A DNA stretch of 63,836 nt, the filler included, from Lama guanicoe (lineage: Eukaryota): assembly GCA_013239625.1 (NCBI GenBank). It is 90 parts of 90 records of this genome, joined end to end, with 100 filler letters (N's around TTAATTAATTAA, not from the genome) between each part and the next. Parts side by side here need not be neighbours in the genome. Positions count along the whole stretch, not along the records: positions 23,414 to 23,999 come from PNXV01028910.1; positions 24,100 to 24,680 come from PNXV01028912.1; positions 24,781 to 25,480 come from PNXV01028913.1; positions 25,581 to 26,137 come from PNXV01028914.1; positions 26,238 to 27,048 come from PNXV01028916.1; positions 27,149 to 27,696 come from PNXV01028918.1; positions 27,797 to 28,264 come from PNXV01028919.1; positions 28,365 to 29,074 come from PNXV01028920.1; 82 more parts are not named here. One strand, written 5' to 3'. The position numbers and the translations under genes were made by a program. Of this stretch, positions 23,314 to 35,347 are shown in pieces. The notes under the pieces are model-generated. The model made no database searches. It was not told the origin of the DNA and was given only the letters and a program-made list of their open reading frames with translations. The first letter of the stretch is position 1, and each line of letters opens with the position of its first letter.

Positions 23314-24099
23314 NNNNNNNNNNNNNNNNNNNNNNNNNNNNNNNNNNNNNNNNNNNNTTAATTAATTAANNNNNNNNNNNNNNNNNNNNNNNNNNNNNNN
23401 NNNNNNNNNNNNNCAATAGAGCAAAGTGATGTGTAATGATCATATAAAATCTTGGTAAGAGTATAAATTTAGATTGTTTTTTAATGTGGGAATGGATTTT
23501 AGTGTTTAATTTATAAATGTGGCTAATTAGTCTTATTTATGGATATATGTGTATATCTATTGATACATATAAAAGCTTCTGTACAAGACCCTGCAAAATG
23601 AAACTTGCCTGACTAATGGATGTTTAGAGAATATTCTGACTAATTGAGTTTTCTATTTAAATTTTGGCCATGATAATTGAAAATCTTTCTCAAGTATACT
23701 ATTCTGCTTTCTTGCCTTAATGGGTATACTATCCTGAAACTAAACATCTTTTGAGTTCTCATAGATTCAAAGGAGTTACTAACTCAAGGGTTAATGTCAA
23801 CAATTTGAAGGCATTCATACATTGAAGTATTTGTCTTTAGAGTAAATTCATAGGTATTTATCTGAACTTTTTCATATACCGTCAGAAATGTTCTCTTAAA
23901 GTAAAATGAAGAGTAATAGAGTTGTGTGAAAGTTTCTTTGATTTTGCTTTCAGGTAACTGAGGGGCATTTGTGGGTGTGTGCATAAATAATTATTATGTN
24001 NNNNNNNNNNNNNNNNNNNNNNNNNNNNNNNNNNNNNNNNNNNTTAATTAATTAANNNNNNNNNNNNNNNNNNNNNNNNNNNNNNNNNNNNNNNNNNNN

Positions 24100-24225
24100 T
24101 TTTTTTTTTTTTAGGTAAGGAGGGAGATAATCAGGTTTATTTATTTATTTTTAGAGGAGGTACTGGGGATTGTACCCAGGACCTCGTGCATGCATGCACT
24201 CTACCACTTGAGCTATACTCTCCCC
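24100..24225 (-). mobile_element. tRNA-derived SINE, camelid Vic-1-like
   Basis: Reverse complement reads GGGGAGAGTATAGCTCAAGTGGTAGAGTGCATGC...GAGGTCCTGGGTACAATCCCCAGTACCTCC-TAAAAATAAATAAATAAACCT...poly(A). Pol III A and B boxes are present. Confidence 0.85.
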
Positions 24226-24229
24226 TCTA

Positions 24230-24350
24230 TTTCTGCATTTTACAAATGAGGAAACTAGTATCTTAAGAAGTTGAATGACTTGTAAGTATCAAAGGCAGGA
24301 TTCCAAATCAGGAACACGTGACTCCCCAAACCTGTGCTTTTTGCCATGGT
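24230..24350 (-). mobile_element. MIR SINE
   Basis: CATTTTACAAATGAGGAAACT core, followed by GGCAGGATTCCAAATCAGG. Confidence 0.65.
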
Positions 24351-26289
24351 CTTCTAGTATGTGGTGATTATAAACAAAGTGAATTTTTTAAAAAAATTTT
24401 TTGAAAACTTGGAAAATTCAGGTTAAGCACACTTCGCCTTGGAAAGCTAGATATTTCAGGTGGCAGGGTTTTTTGCTTGGTTTGGTTTGGGATTTTGGGA
24501 GAGGGCAGCATTAACCTGTTAATTGTAATATATATTGTATGTATATATTGATTGGCCCCATGACCGGCCACGATTTTCCCTTCTCTTTGCTTACTTCATT
24601 TCATCCCTCCTCCAAGGCTCCCCTAAGACCCCTCCACCTTGTGCTCCCTCAAAAGGCTTTCCTATACACTGAGACCTGGCNNNNNNNNNNNNNNNNNNNN
24701 NNNNNNNNNNNNNNNNNNNNNNNNTTAATTAATTAANNNNNNNNNNNNNNNNNNNNNNNNNNNNNNNNNNNNNNNNNNNNTTTAAACAAACACAACTTGT
24801 TCCTCAGAGTCATAAACCTAATCAAGTGGTAGGTATCTCTTATAATATTCAGATTCCCCCCCACCTTTCAGCCTAGAAGCATCATCTTCAGACTTTCTAA
24901 TTGAGGGACAGTCTTTCCCCTCTTGTGACATCGCATCTGCTAATTTGAGGAGAGGTTTTCTGTGCAAATAGAATTCTCAGATCAAATGCTCTCTGATGTA
25001 GTCCTTTTTGCCTTTGGTAAACTCCAAGGACACCCCTGTTTATAATCAGGCCATAGCTATTTTGAATATTGACTTAGCAACTCTCATGTGTCTAAATCAA
25101 GCCCAAATTAAAGATGGTACTGATTTATGTGTCAACAACTTTATGCAAGCTTTCACATCACCCTTTAAAGCTAGAAATTAAAGAAAGATTAAAACCAATA
25201 TTTGATAGCTTTGCAGAGTAGGGGATTATAATACCTTGCGCTATCTAGTTATAATCATATCCTTCCAGCAAAGAAACCATCTGAAGAGGCTATTAAAGTA
25301 ATAAGCGTGCCAGGCAGGGCCATATGAAATAATCGTTCTACACTTCCTTGTGTTATTGAGTTCAAAGACTGTTTTATCCTTTGTGTTACATTATAATTAT
25401 TGATCGGTGTTCTATCTTCTTTAATTTCAGCTAAATAGTCAAAATGTGTCTTCCTTTTCCTGGGAACATCAACAGTGTATNNNNNNNNNNNNNNNNNNNN
25501 NNNNNNNNNNNNNNNNNNNNNNNNTTAATTAATTAANNNNNNNNNNNNNNNNNNNNNNNNNNNNNNNNNNNNNNNNNNNNAGTCTATTAATCAGGATGTG
25601 AAATGTAAGTGTGATCTCATGGGTTCTGCGTAAATACTCCTTTGATCTCTCGGTGGCAATACCAGTGTTCCCTTCAAGGGGCTGCAGATGGAGGTGAGAC
25701 AAGGGCGGTACCCGAGTTCTTATTAGCTCCCTGCACTGAGGTCTGTGCATTGAGAATCACGGTGTCCATTTTGGATCTGCCTGGCAATGATGCCTTGTCA
25801 AGTGCTACAGTGTTAAGCAGTCCCTGCGGCTTTATAAAATGGTTGACCTGCTGTTGACCTGTTCTGTGTCATTGGAGCTCAGGAGCGGTCTCTCTGGCTA
25901 AGTGCTTATGGGCCCCATGATGGATTATAATGAAGATTACAAAGGCACAGCTAAATGTAATGTCTCCCGACTGCCCTACCGTACAAGGAACAGTTCCTGT
26001 CAGAGGAGCAGGGGTGAGTCCCTTCGGGGAGGTTAGGTCAGTAGCAGTGACTCAAGCTGCTCAGTAGCAACCCCCTCCCAACTCCTCACCCTCCAAAGAA
26101 AGCCAATGTCTATCACGGGCAGCCCCACGTTTTTCTTNNNNNNNNNNNNNNNNNNNNNNNNNNNNNNNNNNNNNNNNNNNNTTAATTAATTAANNNNNNN
26201 NNNNNNNNNNNNNNNNNNNNNNNNNNNNNNNNNNNNNTCTGGTGAGCTACCCGCCTGTCCACACCTCCACTTCATCACGTGGGAAACGG

Positions 26290-26502
26290 ACGGCCCCACA
26301 GCCCCGCTTAAGAGGCCGTCAGGGGGTGACAGAAGAGAGTCTGCAAGGTCTTTGGAGCTCAGCACATGGGATGCTCTCAGTAACAACCAAGTCAACCTGG
26401 ATCTGGACGTCCAGCCTTCAGAATCACGAGAGATAAATTTCTGCTCTTCCAATCACCCCGTGTCTGGTGTTCCGTTATAGCAGCCCGCACTGACTCCGAT
26501 CA
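26290..26502 (+). mobile_element. MaLR MLT1 LTR, 3' part
   Basis: GGACGTCCAGCCTTCAGAATCACGAGAGATAAATTTCTG...GTTATAGCAGCCC. Confidence 0.7.
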
Positions 26503-28364
26503 CATGCAGACTGGGTCATAAAAGATGATGGATTTTTCCAGATGAAGATGGGAGGGAAGGTCGTTTTGCAAGCCGCATATGCAAGTCGTCCCCAGAAATG
26601 ATGGATTCTAGGAACACGGGAGCATATGAAACAGGCGACGAGGAGCAGAGCAAGGTGGGGCGGAGAGGTGAGCGCGGGCCACATCTTTGAGGGACTTCTA
26701 TTCCGTCTGAGGAATTTGCTCCTTAAGCAGATGGGAAATAGGGACGACTTTTAAATCCAGATTTGATCTGGATTCTGTTCACATCTATCTGGCACCTTGA
26801 TGGAGGATTGATTGAAGCAGGGGACAGAAAAATTGTAATTGGCCAGAGAGCCCAGACACTCCACAAATAAGGGAACCAGCTGAAAGGGACCTGTAGTGGA
26901 CACCAGAGGACGAGGGGACACCTCACCCCCCCCAAGCCTCAGTGGTCTGGCTGCATTTTGCTAACACCACGTGAAGAGTATGTTAAAATGTCAGTTTTGG
27001 ACTCAGAAGCCGGGTAAACACTGGCTTTTTCAAAATACCCTTCTGCATNNNNNNNNNNNNNNNNNNNNNNNNNNNNNNNNNNNNNNNNNNNNTTAATTAA
27101 TTAANNNNNNNNNNNNNNNNNNNNNNNNNNNNNNNNNNNNNNNNNNNNCTAAAACATCATGATACAAGGGAATGTCATTTCATAGGTCACTTGTTCACCG
27201 GTGAATCCAAGAATTTTAGCAGTGCGGTTGTGTAAACAGTCAGGAACTTGAAATCAATCTGTTGTGGTGGAGCCGGAACTTGCTCCTTAAATTGAACACC
27301 AGTTTACTCCACAGACATCACTGCGGTGACGTGATGGTCTCTGACTGATACAGGTTAGAGATGCCCCCATTCTTGGTGGGAGAAGAGGCTCCTGATGTGA
27401 TGACCAGAGGGCGGGGCTGTCCTTCCCCAGCAGAGGAGAGAGAACATTAACGATGTGAAGGTTCTTCTCCTGCTAACCCCATGACCACCCCATTTCATGT
27501 TTCTTTTCCCCAGGTTACCAGGAAACAGTCTCAGTCATTCACAGTGCATCCAGCATTGGGATGAAGAGAATCTCGTTTCCTCTTTCCCTTCCAACAGGGC
27601 TTCATAGGGGTAATCGTCTGTATTCTCTGTCATGAAATAAACAATTGTGTGATTATCAGCTTTAACTGTAATTCACAAGGTCTTGATACATTATGCNNNN
27701 NNNNNNNNNNNNNNNNNNNNNNNNNNNNNNNNNNNNNNNNTTAATTAATTAANNNNNNNNNNNNNNNNNNNNNNNNNNNNNNNNNNNNNNNNNNNNAAGG
27801 ATCATATTTAGGTCACAGAAGGACACACTATTTTAAGGATATATGACTCTATATTCTTGATTCTGCCTTCCTAAATGCTTTCTCTTGAGTTACTGTATAA
27901 AATATTGATCAACTTTCTAAAACTGTATGATTTTTGATACTATCTTTTTAACTGAATTAGTTTCCAGCAAAAAAATACATACTTCCTGTGATTTACAAAC
28001 TTAGCACATAAACGTGTTAGGCTCTCCACTGTATCTGTTTTGTCCTCTTTCAATATTCCTATTAAAAACAAAAAAAAACTAGTAGCGAGATTGCTGTTAT
28101 AGAATTTGTGATTTCCACTAAGTACCATTTTTTTCAATCCATCTGTAAATATTAAAAGACAGTTATTCATTGATTTGTCCTTGTACAAAGTCCATTAGCT
28201 GACCATGTTTGACCCTTAAAAGGGTTTTCTCCAAAGAAGAACATTAGGTAACCATTATGATTATNNNNNNNNNNNNNNNNNNNNNNNNNNNNNNNNNNNN
28301 NNNNNNNNTTAATTAATTAANNNNNNNNNNNNNNNNNNNNNNNNNNNNNNNNNNNNNNNNNNNN

Positions 28365-29074
28365 GTAACATGAAAAGGGAACTTACTGAATGAGAGAAAA
28401 GAACTGCAAATAACGTAACTGTAAAGGGGCTGATTCACACAAAACAAAACAAAACAAAAAAAGCTACAACTCAGTAACAATTGAAAAATCCCCAATCTGA
28501 TTAAAACATGGACAGGTCAGTACCACTAATCAGCGGGGAAACAGAAATCAGTGCCGCAAGGTACCACCTCCCGTGGGTTAGAACAGCTACTATCGGAAAC
28601 ACAAGGCATGACAAGCGCAGGCAAGACACGGAGAGAAGGGAACCTGTGCCTGTTGGGAATGCAAATTAGTAGAGCCACAATGTAAAACAACAGAGAAGTT
28701 TCCCAAAATACTAAAAACAGGGCGATTATGTGATCCAGCAATTCCACTCATTTATCTGAAAGAAATCAAAACACTGATTTGAGACAGTATCTGCTTCCCC
28801 ATCTTCACTGCAGCATCAGTTCCAATCATCACGATGCAGAAACAACTGAAGTGTCCACGGATGGATGAACAGACAAAGAAAATCGAGTATGTGTGTATAT
28901 ATCTAACAAAATAGTATTAAGTCATTAAAAAGAATGAAATCTTGCTATTTGCACCAACATGGACTGACCCTGTGGGCATTAATGCTAAATGAAATAAATC
29001 AGACAGAGATGAACATGCCTGATTCCACTTACAAGTAGAAACTAAGTAAGACAAAATCAAGAACAAGCTCACAG
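28365..29074 (+). mobile_element. L1 ORF2 end and 3' UTR remnant (L1MA/MB-like)
   Basis: TGATCCAGCAATTCCACT, AGTGTCCACGGATGGATGAA, AAAAAGAATGAAATCTTGCTATTTGCA and ATGCTAAATGAAATAAATCAGACAGAG. Confidence 0.88.
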
Positions 29075-31224
29075 NNNNNNNNNNNNNNNNNNNNNNNNNN
29101 NNNNNNNNNNNNNNNNNNTTAATTAATTAANNNNNNNNNNNNNNNNNNNNNNNNNNNNNNNNNNNNNNNNNNNNATGTTCATGTGAAGACAGATAACCAT
29201 CCTAATCTCTAAATGAGTAAGACGTAGACACTTAAGTTAAAGTGCTGACAATCAGATATTTAAGATAAAATGCTGAAAATCTACATATTTGTCAATGTTG
29301 CTTAATGCACATGGATGGGCTCCTTAGTAGAATAAAAACAGCATCGTTTCCCAAGATTCCAAGTCACCTTATTAACTACAAAAAGGAATTACACTAATTT
29401 TTATTTTCTTAAAAGTAAAAACTTTGCAGTGATCTTGTCACTGACAACACATTTTATCTATACTCAATTTTTCCCCAAAAGATAGACTATAACAAAGGAG
29501 TATATTAACAAATTTAATATTATTTGATCACTGTTTTCATTAATACATTCCTGAAATGCAGTGCTGTGCACATAGTAGGTCTTCAGCATATAGGTATTCA
29601 AGGAATGTATTTTCTCTGTACGGGTTTATATATTCTATCACATTTTGCACTGAGGATCTGAAATATTAAACATTTAATTCCTGGCAAATATTTTGTAATG
29701 TCCTTAAAGTCCCTGCCACATCTGCATAGTGAACCTTGATGAATGGGCCACTGTTTGTTTTCATNNNNNNNNNNNNNNNNNNNNNNNNNNNNNNNNNNNN
29801 NNNNNNNNTTAATTAATTAANNNNNNNNNNNNNNNNNNNNNNNNNNNNNNNNNNNNNNNNNNNNCATCAAAGGCATCATATTTGACTGAATGTCTAGAAT
29901 GTAGCCCAGTGCTGGGAGAAGTACAGTCGTTCAGAGAAGATTTGTTTATTGCAAGAAGGAGCAAGTGAAAATAACCTTCAGAACGTACCGGTGGTGAACA
30001 TGCAGAAAAAGAGGTGACTTGTACATTTCACTGATAAGGAACTTTTAGCATCAAAAACATGTAAAACATAAAGGAAACTGCAGACAGTAATTTAACAAAT
30101 ATCCATGCACTTACAACAAAGAATTGCAAATATTAGCATTCTGTCTTATTTCTTTGAGAACTGTTTTTCTTTAAGGAATAAACATTAAAATGATGTTGCA
30201 GTTCCTTTATCCTCACTAATCACATTGTCTCCTTTCTCCTAAGAACTAACCATTATTCCGAAACTAGGACGTGTCATTCCAGGTATGCTATTTTTAAAAA
30301 TACGTATCCACAAATAAACATCGCACTGTTTTGCAAGGTTTAAAAAGTTAAGTAAATAGTATTTCCATTGTAGTTATTTTTCTGCAATGTGTTTTTATAC
30401 ATGTTATTTTTAATATCTATTAATGTTGACATATATAAATCTAGTTAATTTATTTTAGCTTGTACAGAATATTCAATACTGTGCATATCTTCAATTATAT
30501 TACATACACATTGCCAAATTAGTCTCCAAAATGTCTCTCAAATTTAAATTCCAAACAGTGACACATCTGAGTTTATATTTCTCCACATCTTCATCATCGT
30601 TTATTACTGTTAAACTTTAAAACTTTTGCAAACCTAATGAGTACAAAGTTTTTGTGTGTGTTGTTTCAAAAGGTGGACAGATTTTTACAGCATAACTCAG
30701 TGCTATTCTTGCTCATTTTTCTCAACTACATAAAAGTAAAGTACCCCCCAAACTATTTGTGGATGAGAGCAGTTGTCACAGCCCTCAATTGCTTAGTTTT
30801 CTTGATTTTAACAACTTTCAGATACACACTAAATAGTAACTTAAGGGTTGTTTTATATAGNNNNNNNNNNNNNNNNNNNNNNNNNNNNNNNNNNNNNNNN
30901 NNNNTTAATTAATTAANNNNNNNNNNNNNNNNNNNNNNNNNNNNNNNNNNNNNNNNNNNNCTTTCCTCTGTCCCAGAGCTGTTTTTTCACTACCCAATCT
31001 AACCCTAGAACCTATAAGGCTGCATTATAAGAGCAGTAGATTGAGAAGGACATCCATACCTTGCTTAGGAAAGTACTTCATCAGTCCTAAAGATGCAGAC
31101 CACAATTTACAAATGAGAAGAAAATGTTTAAAAATTAAAACCAGACTGACATCAAAGCCCCAACATTTAGCAATAATACAGTCAATTTTCACTATCCACA
31201 CTGATTATGTTCTGTAAGGTTGCC

Positions 31225-31662
31225 AGAACACTGGATTAACTCAAAATGGCTTGAAGACTTAAATACAAAACAAGACACTATAAACCTCCTAGAAGAAACC
31301 ATACGCAAAACATTCTCGCACATACATCTTAGCAATGTTCTCCTAGGGCAGTCTAGCCAGGCAATGGAAATAGGAGCAAAAATTAACAAATGGGACCTAA
31401 TTCAACTCATAAGCTGTTGCACAGCAAAGGAAACCATAAACAAAACAGAAAGATAACCCACGAAATGGGAGAAAATATTTGCAAATGATGTGACTCACAA
31501 AGGCTTTATTTCCAGAATATATAAACAGCTCATACAACCTAACAACAACAAAAAAAACCCAATCAAAAAATGGGCAGATGACCTAAACCAGCATCTCTCC
31601 AATGAATACATATGAATGGCCAATAGACACATGAAAAAATGCTCAATATCACTAATTATCAG
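31225..31662 (+). mobile_element. Relatively young L1 ORF2 fragment
   Basis: ORF track reads INSKWLEDLNTKQDTINLLEETIRKT...[22 protein letters not shown], the L1 ORF2 C-terminal region. An in-frame stop follows. Confidence 0.92.
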
Positions 31663-33899
31663 NNNNNNNNNNNNNNNNNNNNNNNNNNNNNNNNNNNNNN
31701 NNNNNNTTAATTAATTAANNNNNNNNNNNNNNNNNNNNNNNNNNNNNNNNNNNNNNNNNNNNCAATGACTAAACAGAGAAGTCCTGAACAAAATGTAGCA
31801 AATCAAAGCTAACTTTGTGTGTGTGTGTATACTTATTTATATTTAGTAGGAAAATTTAGACCAATATATATAACTGTACAAATAGGTGCAGAAATCAATA
31901 GGAAAAAAATTGTGTATCAATCATGACCAAACATAATCATACATAATAAGAGAAGAAGGTAAGCTTTCTTAATGTGATTTTAAAAATTTACGAAAATGTA
32001 CATAAAACATGCTAAATAGGGAGATGCTAACCTCCCCTCTCCTGTAGATCAGAAATGAAACAAAAATGATACAAAGATATTAACCCAGATACCAGAACAA
32101 TGTATGTAGAAATTGTAATTAATCTGGAGACAAATTACTAGCAATGATTATAAATGTAGCAAGTTTCCTACAGAAAAAATCATCAAAATGATAAAATTAT
32201 CAAAATGATAAAATTGATTATATTTCCATATTCCACAAAAAGAAATGGAAAAGACAATAAAATATTTATGAAAAAAACCAATATTAAGCACCTAGAAAAA
32301 AAAANNNNNNNNNNNNNNNNNNNNNNNNNNNNNNNNNNNNNNNNNNNNTTAATTAATTAANNNNNNNNNNNNNNNNNNNNNNNNNNNNNNNNNNNNNNNN
32401 NNNNAGACTTCGAATGGTCTTCTATTGCCCTTTGGAAGTCTTTTGAGATGACAAATTTTTTTTACATTCAATCTGCTGTTCTTGTCTTTTCTCCGCTTCC
32501 TTACGGCTGAAAGCCCCGGGTGCTTTGTTTTGCATGTTATTTCGCCAGCTGGGAGTTGTCTGAAATATAGTTGGACACCATTCCTAACGAATGCTATCCT
32601 ATTGCATTTGTTCTCTCTGGTTATTCTTTGGCTTCTACTATTAATTAGCGAATTCATTTCCTGATGGCCACAGTGAGGTTAGAATAAATGTACCAAGCTA
32701 GGGATCCAGCAAAGCCCAATGTATTCAGAGTGGTAACAGGAGACCAGTTCTATTCTGATAAACACCATTAAAAGGAACCGATTAATCAAATCTTATTGCC
32801 GTACTCAGCAAGTTTTACTCTGTGAAAGGAATCTAGGCTGCACCGCAGCTGTCATGTGGAGCCTTGGCTCAGNNNNNNNNNNNNNNNNNNNNNNNNNNNN
32901 NNNNNNNNNNNNNNNNTTAATTAATTAANNNNNNNNNNNNNNNNNNNNNNNNNNNNNNNNNNNNNNNNNNNNTTTGAGACGAGGAAGAGAGAATTTAAGA
33001 GCGTGTGCTCTGGAGTCCCAGCTCAGCCACGTATTACACACGTGACTTTGGGCATCAGGGTTCCTGAGTGTGCGATTCGTCTTCCTTGCGATGGGGATAT
33101 TCACATACCTGCCCTACAGCACTGTAAACAACTACGTAAATCACCTGTTGCAGCTTCTGGCCATCGCAAAGATTCAGTCAATGGTAATGGCTTTATCAAA
33201 CCTGTTGTAGAATATTGAAGGGATAAGTAAACTGAATCGGGTAAGTATACGGATCAAGAGGGGAAAAGCAGATTGTAGTAGCTTCCCAAATGGGATAATA
33301 TGTGGCCGTGAGGATGAACAATCTGCAATACATGCAATGATGTAGGTAATGTCATCAAGAGGAATTAGACACAAGAGAGTACTTACCGTGTGATTCCGTA
33401 TCTGTAAAGCATAAAACCGGGTGAAGACGGCCTATTCGGCAAGATGCCAGGTTGTCCCCGGAGACGGCTCCAGGTGGCGGGTTCTCAGACACTTGTCACG
33501 TTCTGTTTCTTGATCTGGCGCTAGCTACACAGGTGTGTTCAGTTTGCAGANNNNNNNNNNNNNNNNNNNNNNNNNNNNNNNNNNNNNNNNNNNNTTAATT
33601 AATTAANNNNNNNNNNNNNNNNNNNNNNNNNNNNNNNNNNNNNNNNNNNNCCTAGGGCACCCAGACCTGGTGCCAAGAGGGACAACCTCAAATAAAATAC
33701 CTCCCCAAAACTAAAAAAAAAGGGGGGAACAAAAGGACCCCAGCAACCTTCACCTCCGAGGATGACACTAGCCCTGGTACCCCTGCTTCTCAGAGAAACT
33801 CTGCAGTCCTGGCCACTGAGAATTCCTGTAGTCGTAGCAGAAGATGATCTCAGCTGATGCAAATACACAGAGACTATGTCTTTTTGGTCTCCCAGACAC

Positions 33900-34181
33900 C
33901 AGACACATTGAACCCTACCCAGCTAGTGCCTTTGCATCCAACTTAGGGAAAAGTCTTTTCCCACCAAAGTCAATCCCAAAAATGCTGGAAGAGGTAACTG
34001 CACCCTCAAATGCATGGGCATCAATGCAAAGCCAAGAGAAGCATGAAAAAGCAAAACACGTGACACCACCAAAGGGAAACAATAATTTTCCAGTAACTGA
34101 CCTCAAAGAAATAGAAATCTATGTTATTTGACAAAGAATTACAAATAATTGTTTTAAAGATGCTCAGGGAGATTCAATACA
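33900..34181 (+). mobile_element. Old L1 5' UTR / ORF1 start remnant
   Basis: GACACCACCAAAGGAAACAATAATTTTCCAGTAACTGACC-like segment and GACAAAGAATT...AAATAATTGTTTTAAAGATGCTCAG. Confidence 0.7.
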
Positions 34182-34281
34182 NNNNNNNNNNNNNNNNNNN
34201 NNNNNNNNNNNNNNNNNNNNNNNNNTTAATTAATTAANNNNNNNNNNNNNNNNNNNNNNNNNNNNNNNNNNNNNNNNNNNN

Positions 34282-34764
34282 TTGTGCTGAGAAAGACAGT
34301 ACAAGGCCCAGTCTTTATCCTCAAGGACTTTAAATATAGCGAAGGAGACGGACCTACACACCATGAGCTATAATATAAAGTAGAATGTGATAACCATCAC
34401 TGTAGGATATAAACAGAGTTCACGGGAACACAGAGGAAGAGCAGATGAGTAACGCAGACAGGAGGTTATACTCCTTCAGTCTACAAATGATGCGTTGAGC
34501 ATTTAAGTGCCGGGTACATTTAAGTGCTAGATATGCAATACTGAGCAGATCAGACATGGGTCATTCTTTATTTGGATTGATGGTCTAATGGCAGAGACAA
34601 TTAACTGGTAAGCACAGAATAATTATAAAATGACAAGTTGCATTAAATTGTAGGCAAAGGTCAGAGTACTATGAAAGAGTAACAGAAGGAGCCCAGATTT
34701 TGTGTGGAAGTTGTAAAACAGATAAAAGGGAACTTAGGGAGAGAAAATAGAGAAGAGCATTCTA
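34282..34764. repeat. Fragment duplicated at 34865-35347 (probable alternative haplotype); L2-derived sequence
   Basis: Both copies are 483 bp, with 7 substitutions and the same ends. Confidence 0.95.
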
Positions 34765-34864
34765 NNNNNNNNNNNNNNNNNNNNNNNNNNNNNNNNNNNN
34801 NNNNNNNNTTAATTAATTAANNNNNNNNNNNNNNNNNNNNNNNNNNNNNNNNNNNNNNNNNNNN

Positions 34865-35347
34865 TTGTGCTGAGAAAGACAGTACAAGGCCCAGTCTTTA
34901 TCCTCAAGGACTTGAAATATAGCGAAGGAGACAGACCTACACACCATGAGCTATAATATAAAGTAGAATGTGATAACCGTCACTGTAGGATATAAACAGA
35001 GTTCACGGGAACACAGAGGAAGAGCAGATGAGTAACGCAGACAGGAGGTTATACTCCTTCAGTCTACAAATGATGCGTTGAGCATTTAAGTGCCGGGTAC
35101 ATTTAAGTGCTAGATATGCAATACTGAGCAGATCAGACATGGGTCATTCTTTATTTGGATTGATGGTCTAATGGCAGAGACAATTAACTGGTAAGCACAG
35201 AATAATTACAAAATGACAAGTTGCGTTAAATTGTAGGCAAAGGTCAGAGTACCATGAAAGAGTAACAGAAGGAGCCCAGATTTTGTGTGGAAGTTGTGAA
35301 ACAGATAAAAGGGAACTTAGGGAGAGAAAATAGAGAAGAGCATTCTA
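34865..35347. repeat. Second copy of 34282-34764
   Basis: Direct sequence comparison. Confidence 0.95.

Noticed and set aside
24150..24225. tRNA gene
   Set aside because: It has A and B boxes, but the anticodon arm appears truncated and it continues into a SINE tail and poly(A).
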